IMG/VR virus record: IMGVR_UViG_3300023179_004209
Coordinates: 1 to 64,000 of that record
Source of the DNA: a virus
Lineage: Duplodnaviria; Heunggongvirae; Uroviricota; Caudoviricetes
Direction: 5' to 3' (one strand)
DNA: 64,000 nt
The notes under the pieces were generated by a model. The model saw only the letters and a list, made by a program, of their open reading frames with translations, ran no database searches and was not told the origin of the DNA. Shown here one piece after another: positions 40,646 through 49,728 of the stretch. The number at the start of each line of letters is the position of its first letter. Within the stretch, counting starts at the first letter, position 1. A program made the translations under genes and the position numbers.

Positions 40646-41157
40646 ATTCTAAAATAAAAGAATGTAGTACTATTATCAATGATCTAATAGTAATTCAACC
40701 AGAGTCATTTTATGATCATAGAGGCGAAAACTTTGAAACATATAATGAAGAACATTATTCTAAAATATTCAAATCTGATTTGAAATTTGTTATAGATTCA
40801 TTTTCTAATTCAACCAAAAACGTTTTAAGGGGATTCCACGGAGATACAGATAATTGGAAATTAATTGATGTATTAAAAGGAAACGTGTATTTTGTAGTAA
40901 TTGATGTAAGACCTAATTCATCTACCTACAAAAATATACAATATTTCCAATTAAATGATAAAAATAGATATCAAGTTCTTGTTCCTGCTGGATGTGTAAA
41001 TGCACATTTAGTGACATCTGAAGACTGTTTATTTCATTACAAATTAACAAAAAGTTATGTTCCTATAGAAAAACAAATTCACATTAAGTGGAATGATCCC
41101 GAATATAATGTGTTTTGGCCAATTAACAATCCAATTCTTTCAAAAAGAGATAAATAA
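40642..41157 (+). CDS. rfbC: dTDP-4-dehydrorhamnose 3,5-epimerase
   Basis: D.RG, VLRGFH, D.RP.S.TY, VP.G..NAH, YK, W.DP. Confidence 0.88.
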   Translation: MNSKIKECSTIINDLIVIQPESFYDHRGENFETYNEEHYSKIFKSDLKFVIDSFSNSTKNVLRGFHGDTDNWKLIDVLKGNVYFVVIDVRPNSSTYKNIQYFQLNDKNRYQVLVPAGCVNAHLVTSEDCLFHYKLTKSYVPIEKQIHIKWNDPEYNVFWPINNPILSKRDK

Positions 41158-41165
41158 AAATAATT

Positions 41166-42782
41166 ATGTCAGAAGAAACATTTAATTTTAAAAAAGATAG
41201 ATTTCAAAAAATAATTGATAAAGACTGTATAGTAATCGATGTAGGCGCTCACATAGGATCTTTCTCAAAATTATTTGCAAAATGTGCAAAAAAAGTAATT
41301 GCATTTGAACCAAATAATTTTATCTTTCAAAGTCTAGAATCAAACTTAAAAAAAGAAAACTATTTAAATGTAGATACATATAACTTAGCATGTACCGAAG
41401 AAAATAAAAAGTACATATTCAATTATAGCGACCCTAAAATACATAAAGAAGGTTCTAATGGAGGATTCTTGACAAATTTGGAAAATAAAGGGTTTTGTAA
41501 ACATCATTCATATGAACAAGAAGTAAATGGTGTAAATTTATTAGATTTCATCGAAAAAAATTATAAATCTGACATTGATAATATCAAATTTATTAAAATT
41601 GATGCAGAAGGATATGATAAAGAAATATTAAAAACCATAATTCCTTTAATCAATAAAAATAAACCTGTTCTAATGGTAGAAGCATTTAGGTTCTTAACAG
41701 AATTAGAACTTGAAGATTATTTCAACGTCATAGATAAATTAGGATACAAAATATATGATATATCTCCATTAGACAATATCGTTGATTGTGCAGGACCATT
41801 AGATCAAGATGAATTTAAGTATTTTACATACAATGTATGTGATAATGGCAATTTCTTATGCGTACATAAAGATGACATCAAAAAATATAATTTGCCGGAT
41901 AAAGTAAAGGGTAAAACATGTGTTGTTGTTTTTGGTAGAAACGATGGTTATAAAGAAAAGGATCGTTTCAAAATTCATATTACCAAAATGTTGGAAACAT
42001 TTGATGAAGTAATTTATGTTGATTGGAATTCGGAAAAACAAAGTTTCTTATATGAGATCATCGATGAAATTCCTAAAACAGGAAGATTAAAACATTTTGT
42101 AATCGAACCAAAAATTGCTAAAATTTTAGAAAATTACGATCCAAATGCACAAGCATGTTCTACTGTATTTTCTTTTAATATAGGAATTAGAAGAACGGAT
42201 GCCGAATATATAGTTTTATCTACAACAGATATTATTCCTCCAACAAAAGAAATTCTTCAAGAATTTATTAAAAAAACAAATAAGCATACAATGTATGTTT
42301 TGAGTAGAAGAGATATTGAATATAAAGATGTAATTGATAATAAAAACAATATAAATGATTATATCGACTATTTAAATCATACAAGTAAACCGAGGTATTT
42401 TCCTGCAAAAGTAACTCCAAATGACAATTATAGTTTATTTAATTGTTGTGGCGACTTTCAATTTGCAACAAAAAATATTTGGTTAAAAGTTAGAGGATAC
42501 GAGGAAGAAATGAAATATGCATGTTTCGTTGATACAAATGTCCAGAAAAAATCTGTGTTATATGGATTTCAATTAAAAGATATATATGATATTCCTTTAT
42601 ATCATATGAGTCATACAGGAATGTCAAACGATGGAACTTCCCCCAGTAAAAAGTTTTACAATAATGCAATGGATTGGGTGGAATATTTCGATAAATATAT
42701 TATGCACGAACATATAATGATATCTAGAAACGAAGATTCATGGGGATTTTCAGAAACCGAAATCGAATACGAAATAATATGA
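41166..42782 (+). CDS. FkbM-family methyltransferase fused to GT-A-like domain
   Basis: IDVGAHIG, AFEP, IKIDAEG; C-terminal GRND.Y, VDWNS, NIGIRR, TTDII, GDFQ. Confidence 0.8.
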   Translation: MSEETFNFKKDRFQKIIDKDCIVIDVGAHIGSFSKLFAKCAKKVIAFEPNNFIFQSLESNLKKENYLNVDTYNLACTEENKKYIFNYSDPKIHKEGSNGGFLTNLENKGFCKHHSYEQEVNGVNLLDFIEKNYKSDIDNIKFIKIDAEGYDKEILKTIIPLINKNKPVLMVEAFRFLTELELEDYFNVIDKLGYKIYDISPLDNIVDCAGPLDQDEFKYFTYNVCDNGNFLCVHKDDIKKYNLPDKVKGKTCVVVFGRNDGYKEKDRFKIHITKMLETFDEVIYVDWNSEKQSFLYEIIDEIPKTGRLKHFVIEPKIAKILENYDPNAQACSTVFSFNIGIRRTDAEYIVLSTTDIIPPTKEILQEFIKKTNKHTMYVLSRRDIEYKDVIDNKNNINDYIDYLNHTSKPRYFPAKVTPNDNYSLFNCCGDFQFATKNIWLKVRGYEEEMKYACFVDTNVQKKSVLYGFQLKDIYDIPLYHMSHTGMSNDGTSPSKKFYNNAMDWVEYFDKYIMHEHIMISRNEDSWGFSETEIEYEII

Positions 42783-43948
42783 AAAATGTAATTATCGTAG
42801 GCGGCGGAATCGTTGGATTGGCCGTAGCATATAAACTATCTTCCAATAAAAATTTAAACATTATAGTATTAGAAAAAGAAAACGATCTAGGACAACATCA
42901 AAGTACTCACAATAGCGGTGTATTACACTGTGGTTTATACTATAAACCTGGTTCATTAAAAGCAATATTATCTGTCGAAGGCATTAAACAAATGACAGAA
43001 TTTTGTAAAAAATACAATATTCCACATGAAATATGCGGAAAATTAGTAGTGTCTACAAATCAAGAAGAATCCGTAAAATTAAATGAATTGTTTGAACGTG
43101 GAACAAAAAACGGATTAAAAAATCTTAGAAAATTAAACAAACAACAAATGCTTGAAATTGAACCAAATGTAGGAGGAATTGAAGCTCTACATGTTCCACA
43201 AGAAGGAATTGTTGATTATAAAAAAGTAATACAAAAATTATCAGAACTAATTACGAACAATGGACATACAATAAAATTAAACTCCAAAGTAATTAATATT
43301 ACTAAAGATAAAGTATTTGTTGAAAACGAACAATTTAATTACGACATTTTAATCAATTGTACAGGATTACATTCTGATAAAATCTCAAAATTCACTACTA
43401 AAATTAAATCAAAAATTGTTCCATTTAGAGGTGAGTATTATAAACTAAAACCAGAATCAGAACATTTAGTTAAAAATCTAATATATCCAGTGCCCGATCC
43501 TAAGTATCCATTCTTAGGGGTTCATTTTACTAGATTAATTAATGGAGGCATTGAAGCTGGTCCAAATGCAGTATTAGCATTCTCTAGAGAAGGATATTCG
43601 TTGTTCGATATAAATCTAATTGATATCTTTGATTATGTCACTTTTAAAGGATTTTGGAAATTTATATTCAAACACAAATACATGTGTTTTAAAGAATTAC
43701 ACCAATCGATCAGCAAAAAACAATTTGCCAAAGCATTACAAAAATTAGTACCAAATATTAAAGAAAACGATTTGATTAAAGGAGATGCAGGCGTAAGAGC
43801 CCAAGCAATGTCAAATACAGGAGAATTAATTCAAGATTTTGAAATAGTTATTAAAGATAATGTATGTAATGTTATAAACTGTCCAAGTCCAGCAGCAACA
43901 TCGTCTTTATCAATTGCAGATTATATCATCAAACAAATTAAATTATGA
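42779..43948 (+). CDS. lhgO: L-2-hydroxyglutarate oxidase-like FAD oxidoreductase
   Basis: GGGIVG, HQSTHNSGVLH.G.YY.PGSLKA, FRGEYY, YPVPDP.YPFLGVH, GPNA, SPAATSS; start corrected to 42779. Confidence 0.88.
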   Translation: MKNVIIVGGGIVGLAVAYKLSSNKNLNIIVLEKENDLGQHQSTHNSGVLHCGLYYKPGSLKAILSVEGIKQMTEFCKKYNIPHEICGKLVVSTNQEESVKLNELFERGTKNGLKNLRKLNKQQMLEIEPNVGGIEALHVPQEGIVDYKKVIQKLSELITNNGHTIKLNSKVINITKDKVFVENEQFNYDILINCTGLHSDKISKFTTKIKSKIVPFRGEYYKLKPESEHLVKNLIYPVPDPKYPFLGVHFTRLINGGIEAGPNAVLAFSREGYSLFDINLIDIFDYVTFKGFWKFIFKHKYMCFKELHQSISKKQFAKALQKLVPNIKENDLIKGDAGVRAQAMSNTGELIQDFEIVIKDNVCNVINCPSPAATSSLSIADYIIKQIKL

Positions 43949-44277
43949 TTGGAATTATATTTATATACACCTTCATATTAATAATATGGTTCAATACTGA
44001 AGCATTTGTTGAATACAGTCACTTATTAAGACTTAAATGGTTTAAAGTAAATGACTATTTAAATACAAAAGAAACAGATTTTACCCTTACATATCACTCA
44101 TACCTATTACAAAAACATAATAGTTTTTTTATTAGATTGATTACGTGTCCATTTTGTTTGAATTTTTGGTTGATTTTAATAGGAAAATTTATTTTTGGTT
44201 ATTCGTTTCTAGAAATACCTACTATTTATGTAACATCACTAATTACATATTTTATATTCAATAAGTTATCGCCATGA
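43945..44277 (+). CDS. Small membrane protein with CPFC motif
   Basis: Hydrophobic segments; LITCPFCLNFW. Confidence 0.6.
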   Translation: MIGIIFIYTFILIIWFNTEAFVEYSHLLRLKWFKVNDYLNTKETDFTLTYHSYLLQKHNSFFIRLITCPFCLNFWLILIGKFIFGYSFLEIPTIYVTSLITYFIFNKLSP

Positions 44278-44561
44278 GAATCTCCAATTTGAATGAATTA
44301 TACAACTATATCAAAACTAAAGAACCATTAACATCCAATGGAAGTTTAATGCAATTGTGTGCCTGTGTAGATCAATTTAAAAATATATGCAGTTGTAAAG
44401 CAAAAGAAAAAGGTCAAAAATTATTTGACTGTAATAACAAATATGTATCTACAATAAATAACATTGACCAACCAACTATAGATTTACTACTGTCAGTATC
44501 AGAAGATAAAACAATAGAATTTTATGATAACTCAAACTATATCAGAACTATTTCAGTATAG
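44274..44561 (+). CDS. Hypothetical Cys-containing protein
   Basis: 95 aa, ATGA-coupled; CAC...CSC. Confidence 0.55.
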   Translation: MRISNLNELYNYIKTKEPLTSNGSLMQLCACVDQFKNICSCKAKEKGQKLFDCNNKYVSTINNIDQPTIDLLLSVSEDKTIEFYDNSNYIRTISV

Positions 44562-45198
44562 TCTTAAGACAATCTTCTACAATAAGATTTAAATTTGGAT
44601 TACTAATCAAATCATTGTGATTTTTATCAGTAACTATTTGTTCCCATTCAACCTTATAATCAGCAAGAATTCTAATTTTAGGATCATTCAACGCTTCATG
44701 TTGATTAGGAGCTTCTCCATAAATCTTCTTACTCTTATCATTAATTCTATAATGTCTTCCATCAGATGGAAATCCATATGTATATTTACTAATATGTACT
44801 AACTTACCACCCAATTGTTTTTTCAACCAAAATACTTCATCATCAACATATTCTATATAACGTATATCACTGATAAAGTTTACATCGTTGGTATCTTTCT
44901 TTAATTCTTCATGTAACAATCCCGTCCAATATTTGCCTTCAGTCTGTTTTCGTTTTACACCACCATACCATACCAACATTTCTCTAAAAGCATTCTTGTC
45001 TTCGGTCTTTTCACTAAAAGCACTTAATCCTAACTTTTCTTGAATAAATGGTTCACAGTCTTTTTTCAAGAAATATGCAAGTGCATATGTTTTGGATGTC
45101 AAATTATACTTTTCTTTTAAGACCTTTTGCGCAATATCACAAAATAAATTCTTACCACTTCTAGCAAATCCAGATACTCCTATATAAATTTTATTCAT
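44548..45198 (-). CDS. Deoxynucleoside monophosphate kinase (gp1-like)
   Basis: GVSGFARSGK, R..LV.YG..KR, ISDIRY..E. Confidence 0.75.
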   Translation of the reverse strand: MNKIYIGVSGFARSGKNLFCDIAQKVLKEKYNLTSKTYALAYFLKKDCEPFIQEKLGLSAFSEKTEDKNAFREMLVWYGGVKRKQTEGKYWTGLLHEELKKDTNDVNFISDIRYIEYVDDEVFWLKKQLGGKLVHISKYTYGFPSDGRHYRINDKSKKIYGEAPNQHEALNDPKIRILADYKVEWEQIVTDKNHNDLISNPNLNLIVEDCLKTILK

Positions 45199-45718
45199 TT
45201 TCCATCAACCCTTCTATTTCTTTCTCTGATTTACCATACTGTTTACATATATCAATCAGACTATTAATACCACTTTCCGTTCTGAAAAATAGTACACAAT
45301 AACTATAGGCATCATCTTTGCTAACCTCAAATTTATTTGCAACCAATTGAATTAAATCTTTGTTGATTTTAACCTTATTGGGTTTAATCCATTTACAAAA
45401 CCGTCTACCATGTGGTACAAAATCGCACAATACCTTATAAAGGTGTTTCTCAGGTAAGATGTCAAAGTACTTGGATACAAACGCAATCTCTTCAATAATG
45501 ATTTGATCCATACTAAGACCCATCAACAATGTATACTTATTGAATGATTTAATATCTGCAGCAGTAAGTGTATCAAAATACTTAGGATTCTTAACTTCTC
45601 TAATTTGAGAGATGTGATCAAATAAAGATTTAGTCTTCGTTAAGTTCTGCGTCTCTTCGTTCGATTGATTTGAATCGTTCTTTGAGAGAGGGGTTTTTTG
45701 TTTTTTGGGTCTTCCCAT
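45191..45718 (-). CDS. Clamp loader small subunit (gp62-like)
   Basis: LFDHI..I, FNKY.L..GLS, ...KWIK pattern. Confidence 0.65.
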   Translation of the reverse strand: MGRPKKQKTPLSKNDSNQSNEETQNLTKTKSLFDHISQIREVKNPKYFDTLTAADIKSFNKYTLLMGLSMDQIIIEEIAFVSKYFDILPEKHLYKVLCDFVPHGRRFCKWIKPNKVKINKDLIQLVANKFEVSKDDAYSYCVLFFRTESGINSLIDICKQYGKSEKEIEGLMENE

Positions 45719-45989
45719 AATGATTATTGATTCTTGCTCTTAAAGCGTTAATAACCGATAATACAGTCTTTTGATTCAAATACAAGGTATTTAATTCCTT
45801 TTCCAATTTTTTCTTGTCGTCATTAATACTAATGAGAATCACGTTTTTGTATTCTTCTAACTTATAACTCAAATAAAAAGAATGTAACGCCAACCACATT
45901 ACTGCGAATGGCGTTACACTCTGAAACTTAAGCGATAATGAAAATAATACTACATTAATTATTAATACAATTATTGATTTAATATTCAT
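45630..45989 (-). CDS. Hypothetical membrane protein with coiled coil
   Basis: Two N-terminal hydrophobic segments. Confidence 0.5.
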   Translation of the reverse strand: MNIKSIIVLIINVVLFSLSLKFQSVTPFAVMWLALHSFYLSYKLEEYKNVILISINDDKKKLEKELNTLYLNQKTVLSVINALRARINNHYGKTQKTKNPSLKERFKSIERRDAELNED

Positions 45990-46128
45990 TATCTACTTCA
46001 TCTTGGTAATTTCTTACCTTCCCTCCTTTATTTAAATATGGTTTATTTACCTTTGACAATTTTTTATTTTTCTTAAACTTAGAACTTTTAGTCCTAAATT
46101 CATTGTCTCTTCTAAATGTTTTTCCCAT
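45979..46128 (-). CDS. Small basic protein (49 aa)
   Basis: Below ORF-track cutoff: MGKTFRRDNEFRTKSSKFKKNKKLSKVNKPYLNKGGKVRNYQDEVDNEY; fills the gap between genes. Confidence 0.55.
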   Translation of the reverse strand: MGKTFRRDNEFRTKSSKFKKNKKLSKVNKPYLNKGGKVRNYQDEVDNEY

Positions 46129-46142
46129 ACTCAAACTAAAGA

Positions 46143-46352
46143 TTACTTAACACGGGAAGCAGTAGCAAGAACCTTGCGTAGTGCCTTAACTTGACGACCA
46201 TTCAAATCAATACGAGTCTTGCCATTACGAATGGTCAAACGAGTACCAGCTCGCTTGGTTCCAGCAAATGGATACGAGATGAATGTTTCTACCTTAGCAG
46301 CACTATTATACACGAAGTTAGTCTGCATCTTGTTGTTTTTACGAATAATCAT
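46143..46352 (-). CDS. Small basic protein
   Basis: 69 aa with its own promoter and A-rich leader. Confidence 0.65.
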   Translation of the reverse strand: MIIRKNNKMQTNFVYNSAAKVETFISYPFAGTKRAGTRLTIRNGKTRIDLNGRQVKALRKVLATASRVK

Positions 46353-46413
46353 AACTTTATTTATTTTATTTATTTGTTTTATGTTTCGTTAGTTTCATTA
46401 CTAACTTGAGATT

Positions 46414-46442
46414 ACTTTACACCATGTTCACCGTTTCGTCAA
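46414..46442 (-). promoter_or_regulatory. Sigma70-like promoter
   Basis: TTGACG-N17-TAAAGT. Confidence 0.65.
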
Positions 46443-46453
46443 CATCTTTTTAA

Positions 46454-47368
46454 TTATAATTTGAATTCTTTTTCAAACCGTTCAATAGCATAATCTTTAG
46501 CCTTGAATTCGAATTCATAGTCAACATTATCCATGTCAACATATTCTTCAGGAATACTACGAACATAATCACCATGCGCACGAGGGTTTTTATTGGTAGT
46601 ATCATTATCGCTAAAATGAAACAGTGGACGATAACTACCCCATGTTGAAATTGCCAACTTCATTGCATCTTTAGCAGTCAACTTGCCAGTATTACATCGG
46701 TAGTGTAAATTATCATAAGTAATAGGAATACCAGTACTTGAATAAATCAAATCATACAATTCTTCTACTTTCCAACTATTGGGTTTGTCCTCATTCTCAA
46801 GAACAAGTCGAGATTTTACATTTACAGGAAAATCATTGTATACATCAATAAACCGTTTAGCAATATCTTTGGTATCACCCTTGTAACAATTCATATGAAT
46901 ATTCATTGGAGCTTCATATGATTGAGGTAAACCAAACAAATCCATAATTGTAGCATGATTTTTTAGTTCTACAATTGATTTTTCTACTACAGATTTGGTA
47001 GCACTTGCAGGTACAACAAATTGATCGGGATGTGTACTACACCGTAAATTATTTTTTTTGATAATATCTGCACCACGCTTGAATTCGGCATAAATACGAT
47101 CTTTATCGGGAAGAACATCAAATGATAGATTTGCTTCTGGCAAAGTAGCCAATGGAAACAAGTCACTACTAATTCTATAGTTCCAACCTTTACTTGCACA
47201 AAATGCAAATGTATTCACTGCAACATGTACATTGTTAAGTGTTCGTTGTGAAATAGTAGATAAAGCACTTTTACGTTCCAATGCCAAGAACCTAGTCTTG
47301 GTCATAGTATTCGCTTTATAACCTTTTTCTTGAAGTTGAAGAGAAATACAACACAATGATTTTTTCAT
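46454..47368 (-). CDS. uvsE: UV damage endonuclease
   Basis: YRISSDLFP, STHPDQF, NIH, RLVLENED, PITYD.LH, HFS, RAH.D, E.KAKD. Confidence 0.92.
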   Translation of the reverse strand: MKKSLCCISLQLQEKGYKANTMTKTRFLALERKSALSTISQRTLNNVHVAVNTFAFCASKGWNYRISSDLFPLATLPEANLSFDVLPDKDRIYAEFKRGADIIKKNNLRCSTHPDQFVVPASATKSVVEKSIVELKNHATIMDLFGLPQSYEAPMNIHMNCYKGDTKDIAKRFIDVYNDFPVNVKSRLVLENEDKPNSWKVEELYDLIYSSTGIPITYDNLHYRCNTGKLTAKDAMKLAISTWGSYRPLFHFSDNDTTNKNPRAHGDYVRSIPEEYVDMDNVDYEFEFKAKDYAIERFEKEFKL

Positions 47369-47375
47369 TGTTTAT

Positions 47376-47404
47376 ACCTTACCATAAAAATATAAAAATG
47401 TCAA
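47376..47404 (-). promoter_or_regulatory. Sigma70-like promoter for uvsE
   Basis: TTGACA-N17-TAAGGT with TG extension, 7 nt before ATG. Confidence 0.65.
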
Positions 47405-47408
47405 GAAC

Positions 47409-47789
47409 TTAATAGTAAGTATATGGAATTGGACAAGCAGCACATGTACTGTCAAATGGACAAGTATATCCCAAAAATTTCCAAGTCTTTTCAGTAGAAG
47501 AACTATTTTTAATCCAAGTGGCTTTTTTATTTATTCCACTTGTAAGTAATCCACTTTTTGCATCTACAACGGATTTAAAATAACTAGAAATATTGGTAAA
47601 TTCAGTATCACTATTTGTTCTGTATAATATATCCTTGCCATCTTTTACCAATACAGTACCGATGTCACCGTCAAAAATTCCATCAGGACTATCATCTACA
47701 TATGTAGCGTCAGTCTGATTCAATGAATTAGAAGCTAATTTATTGATAAACTTAGGAAATCTATTATCTTTGATGAAATTGACTATCAT
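47409..47789 (-). CDS. Hypothetical protein (C-terminal Cys cluster)
   Basis: 126 aa; preceded by TATTTATA motif. Confidence 0.6.
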   Translation of the reverse strand: MIVNFIKDNRFPKFINKLASNSLNQTDATYVDDSPDGIFDGDIGTVLVKDGKDILYRTNSDTEFTNISSYFKSVVDAKSGLLTSGINKKATWIKNSSSTEKTWKFLGYTCPFDSTCAACPIPYTYY

Positions 47790-47808
47790 TTGTTATATAA
47801 ATATATAA

Positions 47809-48990
47809 CTATCGTCCAACTTCATTAAAAAACTTTGATTTAGCTTCATCATAAGTCATTCCTATCATTTTGTTATAATATAGAATATCAGACTTAATAT
47901 TACCTTCACTATGAAGTTTTTTATATCTTTCTATAGCTTTTGGTTTCCACCAGTCCAAAACACCTTGTACATCCTTTTTAAACAATTCTTTTAACTTCAA
48001 ATCCTTTTCAGTTATCTTGTTTTGTAAGAATTCTTTGGTATTTTCATAAAAACAACTATAATATACTCCTCTTTCATATCCATGAGTATAATCATTAACT
48101 TTAATTCCCAAAGTCTTGAATATCATATTAATGATTCTGTTTTTAGCACCAGTTACAGGTCCACTTACACCCTCTTTTTGAGTCATTGCTTTATTATACT
48201 GATCCGATTTATTATCTTTTAACCATTGATGCCATACATCATATACACTATCATCTGGTTTAATCATCATTTTACCAGTGCTTGATCCACACTTATGCCA
48301 CCATTTAAGACTATTATACATACTATAACTACCATACAATGATGTGGTAGTCATGCCAACCAATTCTTCATCATATAGTTTCTTCCAAATTTCTCTGGTT
48401 TTAGAAGTGGTAATCAATGCAGCTACTAACTTACCACCCAAGAAATTATAACCAAATGGTTGGGTACTCATAATACAACTACCAATTGCACTATGTACCA
48501 ATCGTTTATCCTTTAATTTATTATCTGCAGTCCATCCAATGTAATTATCTCTATCCGTAATTAGAATTACATCACTGGATATACTTACCGCACCCAAATA
48601 TCGTGGATTATCTACATTACCATCCGTAATCAATAGTTTAATGAATCTACCAGGCGTTTGTGCATACTCCATAGTATGGCAAAACAATCTCAACATCAAC
48701 CAATCTTGTTCGTATGCACTTCCAGCAGTAACATGAACTATGGTAGGATTTAAATTTTCAATTTCTTTGATTGTTGATTCTACATTATTAATATTTGTAG
48801 GAGTCCAAATCTTAGCTTTTACAATGCCAGATTTATTTAAAAAATCTTTATATGTTTGTACTTCTACCCACTTCTTATAGAATGTCTGTTCTTCAGCAGA
48901 CATACTCTTTAGATAATCCATGTTTTTGATAAACTTAGATTTCTCCAATTCAAATTCAAACTCACCAGCATCAAAAAATTCGTTTCCCAT
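47809..48990 (-). CDS. DUF4338/DruA-like protein
   Basis: PGR, YLG...ISSD....RDNYIGW, QPFGYNFLGGKLVA, TTTSLYG..SMYN, G.S.G. Confidence 0.7.
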   Translation of the reverse strand: MGNEFFDAGEFEFELEKSKFIKNMDYLKSMSAEEQTFYKKWVEVQTYKDFLNKSGIVKAKIWTPTNINNVESTIKEIENLNPTIVHVTAGSAYEQDWLMLRLFCHTMEYAQTPGRFIKLLITDGNVDNPRYLGAVSISSDVILITDRDNYIGWTADNKLKDKRLVHSAIGSCIMSTQPFGYNFLGGKLVAALITTSKTREIWKKLYDEELVGMTTTSLYGSYSMYNSLKWWHKCGSSTGKMMIKPDDSVYDVWHQWLKDNKSDQYNKAMTQKEGVSGPVTGAKNRIINMIFKTLGIKVNDYTHGYERGVYYSCFYENTKEFLQNKITEKDLKLKELFKKDVQGVLDWWKPKAIERYKKLHSEGNIKSDILYYNKMIGMTYDEAKSKFFNEVGR

Positions 48991-49003
48991 ATTTATATTT
49001 AGT

Positions 49004-49237
49004 ATGACATTTAAAAAACCAGATCCAACTCAAAAAGTATACCATTACATTGAGATAGATTCAACAACAATCGCTCTGTATGATAGCCAAATGGATCAAC
49101 CAATATCATACGGTAGCAAAGTAAAAATTCAAGTGGATATTAATAGACTTCTTCCAAAAGATATAACTATCTACTATTATACCCTAAAAGAATTAATAAA
49201 ATTAAAACCAATAAAACCATATATAGGTAAAAAATAA
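49004..49237 (+). CDS. Hypothetical protein
   Basis: Likely start MTFKKP at 49004, preceded by TATTTATA and followed by a terminator. Confidence 0.5.
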   Translation: MTFKKPDPTQKVYHYIEIDSTTIALYDSQMDQPISYGSKVKIQVDINRLLPKDITIYYYTLKELIKLKPIKPYIGKK

Positions 49238-49275
49238 TGCCGTATGAATACATAAAGTACCCATACGGCGTTTTT
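49231..49275. terminator. Probable bidirectional intrinsic terminator
   Basis: GCCGTATG/CATACGGC stem flanked by A and T tracts between convergent genes. Confidence 0.7.
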
Positions 49276-49289
49276 ATGTATCTTACAGA

Positions 49290-49673
49290 TTAAGCAACTA
49301 CTTCGTTAGTCTTTGATTCAGTTACGGTTTCATGTTCAGTTGCACCAGACTCGGCCTTTACATCCAGAACATTTACAGTATTATACTTGTCAACAAGTAC
49401 AACACCAGCAGAACGAGCTGATGTAATAGCAGCTTCAGTTACTGGACTCATTGCGAAAGCAAGCTTAGGACGACCCTTACCACCATGTACAGTTCCGATT
49501 TGGGTTACAATACCCTCATCAAGAGCATTCTTCAAACGAACTCGTAGTGTAATCGCAATAAAATCTTTATTGAGATTAGTCAATTCACTTACACCAAAGT
49601 AAGTGTCGTTTGATGGCCAGGTTACAGTTAGGTTTGTCTTGTTCTTGCGGTCTGTCTTCTTAATATTACTCAT
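49290..49673 (-). CDS. Winged-helix-like DNA-binding protein
   Basis: ITLRVRLKNALDEGIV...GGKGRPKLAF wHTH-like wing. Confidence 0.6.
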   Translation of the reverse strand: MSNIKKTDRKNKTNLTVTWPSNDTYFGVSELTNLNKDFIAITLRVRLKNALDEGIVTQIGTVHGGKGRPKLAFAMSPVTEAAITSARSAGVVLVDKYNTVNVLDVKAESGATEHETVTESKTNEVVA

Positions 49674-49728
49674 ATATTTAGTTTTGTTTTTTGTTTATGT
49701 TTACTGGTTGAATCTCAACCTTGAAAAT

